Source: Rhodospirillaceae bacterium
GTDB lineage: Bacteria; Pseudomonadota; Alphaproteobacteria; Rhodospirillales; Rhodospirillaceae
Direction of reading: 5' to 3'
Length of the DNA: 64,000 nt
Assembly: GCA_020852595.1 (NCBI GenBank)
Contig: JADZAK010000103.1
Coordinates: forward strand, 5,320 to 69,319
Shown: positions 31,921-39,336 of the stretch, piece by piece
How positions within the stretch are numbered: the first letter of the stretch is position 1
Layout of the letters: every line of letters starts with the position of its first letter
Program-made: the position numbers and the translations under genes
The notes under the pieces: generated by a model
Databases searched by the model: none
Told to the model about the DNA's origin: nothing
What the model saw: the letters and a program-made list of their open reading frames with translations, nothing else

Positions 31921-32345
31921 CCAGGCGGGCCGCCTTCTGGCGCACCAAAACGCCGGCGGAGATGACAGCGGAAGAATGGGAGAGTTTGTGCGACGGATGC
32001 GGCCAGTGCTGCCTGCATAAGATCGCGCAAAAAAAAGGTCCCGCGCTCAAGACCAACGTGGCCTGCCGGCTGCTCGACAGCCAGACCTGCCGCTGCAAGA
32101 ACTATCCGCGCCGCAAAAAGCTGGTGCGCGATTGCGTCGTCCTGACCCCGGATAATGTCGCCGGTCTCGCCTGGCTGCCGGACACCTGCGCCTACCGGCT
32201 GGTCGCCGCCGGCGAAGACCTGCCCGCGTGGCACCCGCTCATCACCCAAGATCCCGAAAGCGTGCACGCGGCGGGCATCTCCGTGCGCGGACGCGTCGTC
32301 TCGGAACGCGATGCCGGCCCCCTGGAGGACCACGTCGTTCCATGA
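31917..32345 (+). CDS. ycgN: YcgN family cysteine-cluster protein (UPF0260)
   Basis: FWRTKTPAEMTAEEWESLCDGCGQCCLHK...CAYRLVAAGEDLPAWHPL closely follows E. coli YcgN. Confidence 0.9.
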   Translation: MTRRAAFWRTKTPAEMTAEEWESLCDGCGQCCLHKIAQKKGPALKTNVACRLLDSQTCRCKNYPRRKKLVRDCVVLTPDNVAGLAWLPDTCAYRLVAAGEDLPAWHPLITQDPESVHAAGISVRGRVVSERDAGPLEDHVVP

Positions 32346-33094
32346 GACCGGGCGCCGGCTTCGATGTCGAGCTTGATCTGACCCTGGCCCTGCCCGCCGA
32401 TCTCGCCGCGCGCGTCGTCTGCGTCCACAACCCGCGCGCCCGGCGGCTGTGCGTGCGCCTCGATCCGGGCGCGGGCCAAATTGTCCTCGTGCGGCCCAAG
32501 CGCGCGAGCGCCGCCGTCACATTGAAATTTCTGGCGGGCCGCGTGGACTGGATCAGGCGGCATCTGTCCGCGCTGCCGGCGCCGATCCCCTTCGCCGACG
32601 GCGCCAGCATTCCCATCGCCGGCAAGGATCATACCTTGCGCCTCGCGCCCGAGAGCCGCGGCGGCGTGTGGCGCGACGGCGAGACGGTGATGATTTCAGG
32701 CAAGCCCGAATTCGCGGCGCGCCGCATGACGGACTGGCTGAAGGAAGAAACGCGCCGCGTGCTGACCCCCATGGTCCACACGATGGCCGGCGCGATCGCC
32801 TGCAAGGTCAGCCGCGTGACCGTGCGCGATACCCGTTCACGCTGGGGAAGCTGCGCCCCTGACGGACGCCTGTCCTTTTCCTGGCGCCTGATCCTCGCGC
32901 CGCTGCCCGTGCTCACCTATGTGGCCGCGCATGAGGTCGCGCACCTGAAGCACCTCAATCACGGGCGCGCCTTCTGGCGCACCGTCGACGAGGTGCTGGA
33001 CTCTTACGTCAGTGATCCTGAAACGCGCCGGGACGCCGGTTTAGCGCGCGATTGGCTGAACCGGAGCGGGGCCGCGCTGCATCGGTACGGGTGA
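32342..33094 (+). CDS. YgjP-like metal-dependent hydrolase (DUF45 / M48-like)
   Basis: RWGSCAPDGRLSFSWRLILAP...YVAAHEVAHLKHLNHGRAFW. ATGA overlap with ycgN. Confidence 0.85.
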   Translation: MRPGAGFDVELDLTLALPADLAARVVCVHNPRARRLCVRLDPGAGQIVLVRPKRASAAVTLKFLAGRVDWIRRHLSALPAPIPFADGASIPIAGKDHTLRLAPESRGGVWRDGETVMISGKPEFAARRMTDWLKEETRRVLTPMVHTMAGAIACKVSRVTVRDTRSRWGSCAPDGRLSFSWRLILAPLPVLTYVAAHEVAHLKHLNHGRAFWRTVDEVLDSYVSDPETRRDAGLARDWLNRSGAALHRYG

Positions 33095-33763
33095 GGTCGT
33101 GGCGGCGGACGCCACAGCCGTCGTGCGGCGGCCCTGGTGTTTGCTCACATATTCCGCGAAGGCGTTCAGGCGGTAGATGAACGGCTTGCGCGCCTGCTGG
33201 CGATTCGGGCGGTCGGCATCGCGATAGAAGACGTGACCGCCGATCATGGTGGTGGTTTCATAGTTGCCGGTCCACGACGGGCGCACATGATCGGCGTGAT
33301 ACCAAAGCGCGCCGCCCGTGGGATCGGGAATCGAGGAGTCTTTCTGCAGCATCGCCGCGGCGATTTTCAGCGAGGTGCGCCAGGCGTCGGCTTCATACGG
33401 CGTGTCGGCGCGGTCGTCGCAGAACCACGAGAACTGACACTTGTTGAGCGCGCCCTGGAAGAAGTTCTGCTTCACCACTTCGCAGATGTTCGAGGGGAAG
33501 CGCGAATCCATCGCGCGGTTCATGACCACCTGGGCGACGGCGATACGCCCCGCCATGGTCTCGCTGCGCGCTTCCCAATAGTCGTTGAGCGCCAGGCAGA
33601 CGAGCTCGTCCTTGGAGACGACGATGGAGGACAGGTCGATATAGAGGTCAGAGGGGATATCGGCGGCCCGGGCCGCCGTCGCGCCGGCGGCCGCAAACGC
33701 GAGCGCAGCCACACACGCGCGCAAAGCAGCGCCAGCCTGAGAGAGGAAGCTTGATCGGATCAC
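33041..33763 (-). CDS. Cell wall hydrolase, SleB family, with signal peptide
   Basis: LALNDYWEARSETMAGRIAVAQVVMNRA...ICEVVKQ...QFSWFCD. I chose GTG 33763, preceded by AAGGAAG at 7 nt. The track start at 33796 has no RBS. Confidence 0.8.
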   Translation of the reverse strand: MIRSSFLSQAGAALRACVAALAFAAAGATAARAADIPSDLYIDLSSIVVSKDELVCLALNDYWEARSETMAGRIAVAQVVMNRAMDSRFPSNICEVVKQNFFQGALNKCQFSWFCDDRADTPYEADAWRTSLKIAAAMLQKDSSIPDPTGGALWYHADHVRPSWTGNYETTTMIGGHVFYRDADRPNRQQARKPFIYRLNAFAEYVSKHQGRRTTAVASAATTSPVPMQRGPAPVQPIAR

Positions 33764-34286
33764 AGCACGTCTTCCTTGTCTAAATCGACAGAGCACCGCC
33801 GCCGGGATGTGAACGCCCGTTGTATCGTCGTGTTCCCTGTGATCTCGGCCAGCTCCGGTTGTGTGCTGGCTCTCGTTGGTACCTAAAACTCCCGGTCCGC
33901 AGTTAGAGCGTCTCTCCCCACTCTCCGCGGTCGGCCCCCCTTATGGGGGTGCGCCTTTGTGTTGGGCGGATAATTGGGAGCGGCCGAATATCCTGACAAC
34001 CCAAATATTCTTGCGTGAATATGGTTAAACGGAGGTGGATCGTTGCTTTGTTGAGCGCGATCTCGCCACGATCTGTCTAAATTGAAATTAAATTACGCGT
34101 TTACATCCCTTAAGAGCACCAACGTGGTGGAAATTTTGAACTGTATTTCAGTAGCTTGGGGGATGCGGGGCGGCGTTAACGATTATGGCAACCCAAACCG
34201 CCGGACCTCGGAAAATTTGAAAGAAAATTTCAAAGAAATATCGATTTTTCGGGCCTTTTTGTGATTATCCACACAGAGAAAGCGTG

Positions 34287-34334
34287 ATTTCATTGGGAGT
34301 CGCGCTACTTTTCCGCGCAAAAGCCCAATGAAAT
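34287..34334 (-). terminator. Long hairpin downstream of the PBP gene
   Basis: Perfect 11-bp arms atttcattggg (34287-34297) / cccaatgaaat (34324-34334). On the minus strand it is followed by cacgctttctctgtg, only a weak U-tract. Confidence 0.45.
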
Positions 34335-34361
34335 AAGGCTCCGCCCAACCGCGCCGCGGTC

Positions 34362-36299
34362 TTAGCTTTTGAAAACCGAGAGGAAGCGGCCGATGAAATC
34401 CTCGTTCTCCGGCTCCATGCCGGGAAGGAGGCGCGGCTCATGGCCCACATGGGCCTCGGTCATGACGTCACGCCAGATCAGCGCCGGCAGACCGCCACCG
34501 GTGACGCCCTTCATGCTCGCGCCTTCGTCGTTGCCGACCCAAACGCCGGCCACGAAGTCGGCGGTGAATCCCATCATCCAGGCATCGCGGAAGTCCGAGC
34601 TGGTGCCGGTCTTGCCGGCCGCGGGGACTCCAAAGGCCGCGGCGGTGCCGGTGCCCTGGGTGATCACCTGGGTCATCATATGATTCATGGTGGCCACGAC
34701 CGGCGGCTCCATGACCCGGCCGAAACCGCCGCCGCCGCGCTTATAAAGGATCTTTCCCTCGCGGTCGGCGATCATGGTGATCGCGTAGGGGGTCGCCCCG
34801 AAGCCACCATTGGCGAAGGGCGCATAGGCGCCCGCGAGTTCGAGCAAGGTGACTTCACCCGACCCCAGCGCCAGCGACAGCTCGGGCTTCAGGTCTTCGG
34901 AAATCCCCAAACGATGCGCCGTATCGACAATCGCGCGCGGGCCGACGAACTGCGCGAGGCGGACCGCGGCGGTGTTCAGCGACTTGAACAGCGCGCGCTC
35001 GACCGTGACCGGACCTTCATAGGTCTTGGTGAAGTTCTGCGGCTTCCATTTGCCGATCTTTATCGGCGCGTCGGTGACCAGGTCGTCGGGGCGGTAGCCG
35101 GCTTCGACGGCCGCGACATAGACGAAGGGTTTGAACGCCGAGCCCGGCTGACGCAGGGCCTGGGTCGCGCGGTTGAACTGACTTTCACCGTAGTCCTTGC
35201 CGCCGACCATGGCGCGCACGGCGCCGTCGGTATTGAGAACCACAATGGCGCCCTGCTCGACCTTCAGCTTCTCGCCCGATTTATCCAGGTGTTTGACGAG
35301 GATCTTTTCCGACGCGTTTTGCAGACGGCCGTCGAGGGTGGTGTAGATGACGAGGTCGCGGTCGACGGAACCGACATAATCGTCGGCCTGCGAGACGATC
35401 CAATCTGCGAAATAGCGGCCATAAACCGTGGGATTGATCACGCTTTTCAGCGCGCGGCTGGCGTTCTTCAGCGCCGTCTGGCCCTGCTCCGGCGTCAGCA
35501 CGCCCGTGTCGACCATGGTCGAGAGCACGACTTCGGTGCGGGTCTTGGCAAGGTCCGGATCGCGCACCGGGTTGTAGCGCGACGGCGCCTTCAGAAGCCC
35601 GGCGAGCATGGCCGCCTGATAGACCGTGAGGTCCTTCGCTTTTTTGCCGAAGTAGCGGTCGGCGGCGGCTTCGATACCGTACGTGCCGGAGCCGAAATAA
35701 ACCCGGTTCAGATAGAGCGCGAGAATTTCGTCTTTGGTGAAGCGCTGTTCCAGCTTCACCGCCAAAAGCGCTTCCTTGATTTTGCGCGAGAGCGTCCGAT
35801 CCGGGGTCAGGAACAGGTTCTTGGCCACCTGCTGGGTGATGGTAGAGCCGCCCTGGGCGACTTCGCCGGCTTGCAGGTTCACCCACATCGCGCGCGCCAG
35901 TCCGCGCGGATCGACGCCGTGATGTTCGTAAAAGCGCCGGTCCTCGACCGCGATCACCGCGCCGGCCACATGGGGCGGCAGTTTTCGCAAGTCGATGGCC
36001 GGGCCATAGATATCGCCGAAGTTCGCGATTTCCCACGAATTGGCGTCGACCACTTTGATATTGGGGCGCCGGGTGAGGACCGCTTCGTCCACCGCCGGAA
36101 GGTCGAGGGCAAAAAAACCTAGAACCCCGGCGCCGACCGCGCCGAGCAGGATCAGGGCCGCGAGCGCATTGGTGAAAAGCAGACCCGCGAGCGCGAGGCC
36201 CCGCCGGGACGTCGCGCCCTTGCCGGACGTCTTGCGCACGGGTGCGCCGCGCGCATCGCCGGTCTCGCCCTCGTCCTCGGACTTGCGCCGCTTAGCCAT
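34362..36299 (-). CDS. Bifunctional penicillin-binding protein, PBP1A family (transglycosylase/transpeptidase)
   Basis: EDRRFYEHHGVD, GGSTITQQVAKN, RKIKEA. Transpeptidase motifs SAFKPF, SLN and KTGT. Confidence 0.9.
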   Translation of the reverse strand: MAKRRKSEDEGETGDARGAPVRKTSGKGATSRRGLALAGLLFTNALAALILLGAVGAGVLGFFALDLPAVDEAVLTRRPNIKVVDANSWEIANFGDIYGPAIDLRKLPPHVAGAVIAVEDRRFYEHHGVDPRGLARAMWVNLQAGEVAQGGSTITQQVAKNLFLTPDRTLSRKIKEALLAVKLEQRFTKDEILALYLNRVYFGSGTYGIEAAADRYFGKKAKDLTVYQAAMLAGLLKAPSRYNPVRDPDLAKTRTEVVLSTMVDTGVLTPEQGQTALKNASRALKSVINPTVYGRYFADWIVSQADDYVGSVDRDLVIYTTLDGRLQNASEKILVKHLDKSGEKLKVEQGAIVVLNTDGAVRAMVGGKDYGESQFNRATQALRQPGSAFKPFVYVAAVEAGYRPDDLVTDAPIKIGKWKPQNFTKTYEGPVTVERALFKSLNTAAVRLAQFVGPRAIVDTAHRLGISEDLKPELSLALGSGEVTLLELAGAYAPFANGGFGATPYAITMIADREGKILYKRGGGGFGRVMEPPVVATMNHMMTQVITQGTGTAAAFGVPAAGKTGTSSDFRDAWMMGFTADFVAGVWVGNDEGASMKGVTGGGLPALIWRDVMTEAHVGHEPRLLPGMEPENEDFIGRFLSVFKS

Positions 36300-36403
36300 G
36301 GTCGAGCATGTGAAAAAGAACCCCTGACAGGCGCGGTTTTGACGGCTAAATACGGCGGATTAAGGGCTATCATATCACAAAACCCCCGTCCGAGGTGCTC
36401 CCC

Positions 36404-36760
36404 ATGGCGACGGCCAAAAAGAAAGCTGCGCAGAAACCCGCCGGCAAAGCCGCCAAGAAGAAGACAAGCCCAAAGCGAGCGCCCGCCACGAAGAAAAGCG
36501 CCGCGAAGAAGCGCGTTTCCAAAAAACGCGCCGTTAAGAAATCGGCCGCCGGCGGTGTGCGTCTTGGTGTGCCCCTCGACCTCGACGCCCGCTTGCGCAA
36601 TCTCGCCGTTCAGATGGACCTCAGCCTCGAGGAGGTCTTGATCCAGGCGATGAGCGAGTTCGCCGACAATTGGGAAGATCATTTGCTTACGGTCCGCAAT
36701 CTGAACGCGGGCGACGACCGCATGCAGTTGTCCGTTCCGGACGACGACAACACGCCCTAA
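36404..36760 (+). CDS. Hypothetical protein: Lys/Ala-rich histone-H1-like tail fused to a putative ribbon-helix-helix domain
   Basis: MATAKKKAAQKPAGKAAKKKTSPKRAPATKKSAAKKRVSKKRAVKK, then VRLGVPLDLDARLRNLAVQMDLSLEEVLIQAMSEF (strand-helix-helix pattern). Confidence 0.6.
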   Translation: MATAKKKAAQKPAGKAAKKKTSPKRAPATKKSAAKKRVSKKRAVKKSAAGGVRLGVPLDLDARLRNLAVQMDLSLEEVLIQAMSEFADNWEDHLLTVRNLNAGDDRMQLSVPDDDNTP

Positions 36761-36781
36761 AGCTCCCGAGGCGGGGAAAGC

Positions 36782-37936
36782 TCACATCACAAGCGTAAAG
36801 CTTTTCCCGCCGCGCACGTTGCCGTTCACCATCACCTCGACCTTATGGGCGCCCGGGTAATAGACCCGGGTGGTGATGCGTTTGATCGCATGTTTACGCG
36901 CCAGCGCGATCGTCCCGCCGGCTTCGAGGGTAAAAGACTTCCATTTGAAGACCTTCGCCGACGTTCCGCTCTTCTTGCGGTGATGCAGCACATAATCGAG
37001 CACGATCTTCTGCGGGACCTTCGCCGTGCTCTTGAGCTGAACTTTTAGAGTCAGCTCATTCCCGAACGTCAGCTGCGCGGGATTCAAAGTGAACTGCATA
37101 AGCTCGACCTTGGCCGATGGTGCATAACCTAACGCCGTGAGGGTGGCGCGGTGGCCCGCCTTGATCAGCGTCCGGCAGGCATGACGGATCAAACGCGCCC
37201 GTTCGGCGCCGGCGTCCTTCAGCCACTTTCCCGCGAGCGCGGCGACGAGATCCGGATGATCCTTGGCGATATCGTTCAGACTATTGGCGACGGACCGGCG
37301 CACATATGCGGACGGATCGTCGCGCAGCGCCTCGAGCAGCGGCAGGATCGGCGCCGGGTCTTTCACGAAGGCCTTCAACTGCATGCCCCAGGGAAGACGC
37401 GGGCGCGTGCCTTCCGACACCAGCCGGCGCACATGTTCGTTCTTATCTTTTGACCAAAGCTTCAGAACCTCGAGGGTCTCTTTGGGATGCGCGAGCACAA
37501 AAGGCCGGATGGCGAATTCGGAGGTGCTACGGATGGTGAGTTCGCGCAAGGCGGCCAGCGATTCTTTCACATGCGCGAGGCCGTTTGCCGCCACATATTC
37601 CCCGAACGGCAGGATCGCCCACCCCGCGACGCCCTTCTTCGCATCGTCATCGAGGTCCCCGTTCGCACGGAGCGGGCGCAAGGACGCGGTCAGCATATGG
37701 AGCGCTCTGGGTACATCTTTAGGAAGGTGGGCGCCGAGCGCCCTGGCGATCTGATGGGACCGCTGCTTGAGTTCCAACGCGGAGAAATTGGCGAGCGCGG
37801 CGGCGGCGAAGCCCTTCTTGTCGAAACCCGGCCATACGCGGTGCAGATGGTGGGCCATATCCTCCACCAGCGCCGTGTTGAAGAAATCCTTGAACGCCGA
37901 GGGCGCGGGTTCGGTGCGCGCTTTTGAATCTGGCAA
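36782..37936 (-). CDS. DNA alkylation repair protein family (HEAT-like repeats)
   Basis: FKDFFNTALVEDMA...HVRRLVSEGTRPRLPWG...DPSAYVRRSVANSLNDIAKDHPD. The track start (TTG 37969) lies inside a terminator hairpin, so I chose TTG 37936 with AAGGA 7 nt upstream. The start remains uncertain. Confidence 0.7.
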   Translation of the reverse strand: MPDSKARTEPAPSAFKDFFNTALVEDMAHHLHRVWPGFDKKGFAAAALANFSALELKQRSHQIARALGAHLPKDVPRALHMLTASLRPLRANGDLDDDAKKGVAGWAILPFGEYVAANGLAHVKESLAALRELTIRSTSEFAIRPFVLAHPKETLEVLKLWSKDKNEHVRRLVSEGTRPRLPWGMQLKAFVKDPAPILPLLEALRDDPSAYVRRSVANSLNDIAKDHPDLVAALAGKWLKDAGAERARLIRHACRTLIKAGHRATLTALGYAPSAKVELMQFTLNPAQLTFGNELTLKVQLKSTAKVPQKIVLDYVLHHRKKSGTSAKVFKWKSFTLEAGGTIALARKHAIKRITTRVYYPGAHKVEVMVNGNVRGGKSFTLVM

Positions 37937-37948
37937 AGTCGTATCCTT

Positions 37949-37979
37949 GAAAGAAAAAGGGAGGAGCAAGGCTCCTCCC
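37949..37979 (-). terminator. Intrinsic terminator downstream of the NHL-repeat gene
   Basis: gggaggagc (37959-37967) / gctcctccc (37971-37979), a 9-bp stem. On the minus strand it is followed by tttttctttc. Confidence 0.75.
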
Positions 37980-38005
37980 TTCTCATTCTATCTAGGTTCG
38001 GCGGC

Positions 38006-39151
38006 TTATTTAATCGGCGTGTTGGGCGCGAACTTCTGGACGCGGTGTCCGCCCGCTTCGCCCGTGAACACATTGCCCTTCGAGTCCGTGGTGATCACAT
38101 GCAGGCGCGAGAACTCGCCGGCATAGGCGCCCTGGCGGCCGAAGGTCCGTACTTCCTGACCGTTCTCGCGGCTTACCATGCGCACCGTTTCAAAGTTGCC
38201 GTCCGCGATGACGAGATAGCTCTGCGCCTTGTCCTGCCAGATCGCCATATCGGCGACGCGGCCCGGAATGCGCTGGTCGAGATTCGGCATGTTGTAGAGG
38301 AACTCCTTCACGAACTTGCCGCTGCTTTCGAACACCTGGATGCGCTGGTTCTGGCGGTCACAGGCGTAGACCAGCCCGTCGTTGGCGCGCACCACGCAGT
38401 GCACGGTTTCCATCTGATCGGGAAGATTTGTCTTCGGATTGACGCCCGGCTTATCCTTATCCGTCGGCGCGTTGCCGTAAGCGCCCCACATGCGTTTGAA
38501 GGCGCCGGTCTTGGCGTCATAAACGATGACGCGGTGATTCACATAACCGTCCGCGATATAGGCTTCCTCGCCCTTCGCGTCGAACACGATCTTGGGCGCC
38601 TTGGAGAGCTGGTTCTTATCAAGGCTGCCCTTGGTGGCGCCGGGCTTGCCGAGTTGGAACAGGAACTTGCCGTCGCGCGTGAACTTGATCGCATGGCCGT
38701 CCGCCTTCGAACGGTCCGGCTTGCCGTCGGCCGCGATCGGACCATCGCCGTTGCCGAGGATCCAGACATTGCCTTGCGGATCGACCGTCACGCCGTGTTC
38801 GCTCGACGGCCAGTCGTAACCTTGTCCCGGACCGCCCCAGGCCGCGACCACTTTGCCTTCCGGGCTGAACGCGATCACCGGCGGCGCGGCGATGCAGCAG
38901 GGCGCGGCCGGCGGGGTGCGCGAGGCTTTGGTCTCGCGCGCGGTCAGGGTGCGCGGGCGATGGATCACCCACACATTGTCCTCAGCATCCACGGCAAGGC
39001 CGGAGATCTCGCCCAGCACCCAGGTGTTCGGCAGCGTCTGCGGCCAGAACGGATCGACTTTGAATTCAGGCGCCGCGGCGGCGGCGAATACGGGCGCCGC
39101 GGCGCCGAGTGTCAGAGCAAGCGCGACGAACGATGAGCGAAGAATACGCAT
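38006..39151 (-). CDS. Exported NHL-repeat beta-propeller protein (peptidyl-alpha-hydroxyglycine lyase-like family)
   Basis: Signal MRILRSSFVALALTLGAAAPVFA. Repeated G.AVD..GNVWV / DG.L.V.D..N.RI.VF type blades. Confidence 0.75.
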   Translation of the reverse strand: MRILRSSFVALALTLGAAAPVFAAAAAPEFKVDPFWPQTLPNTWVLGEISGLAVDAEDNVWVIHRPRTLTARETKASRTPPAAPCCIAAPPVIAFSPEGKVVAAWGGPGQGYDWPSSEHGVTVDPQGNVWILGNGDGPIAADGKPDRSKADGHAIKFTRDGKFLFQLGKPGATKGSLDKNQLSKAPKIVFDAKGEEAYIADGYVNHRVIVYDAKTGAFKRMWGAYGNAPTDKDKPGVNPKTNLPDQMETVHCVVRANDGLVYACDRQNQRIQVFESSGKFVKEFLYNMPNLDQRIPGRVADMAIWQDKAQSYLVIADGNFETVRMVSRENGQEVRTFGRQGAYAGEFSRLHVITTDSKGNVFTGEAGGHRVQKFAPNTPIK

Positions 39152-39284
39152 GGCCGGTGTCCCTCCCAGGAGTCTTATCGGCAGAACTGAAGCAACTGCG
39201 TGCTTGGATTTTTTTATCTTGGGCATGTTCTCATCGGAAACCCGCACACACTTTTCCGGAACATGCCCCGATCTCAAACAGTAT

Positions 39285-39318
39285 AGAAAAAAAAGGAGGG
39301 GCTTTTGGCCCCTCCTTT
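39285..39318 (-). terminator. Strong intrinsic terminator downstream of the TonB-dependent receptor
   Basis: aggaggggc (39294-39302) / gcccctcct (39308-39316). On the minus strand it is followed by a T8 run (39287-39294). Confidence 0.85.
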
Positions 39319-39336
39319 TGTGAGTTCTCGAAATTT

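Noticed and set aside
34082-34264. 60-aa ORF (TTG start) in the AT-rich intergenic core.
   Set aside because: It has no Shine-Dalgarno, a non-ATG start and an odd composition (N/K/F/I-rich) that simply reflects AT-rich DNA. It is kept only as part of the non-coding finding.
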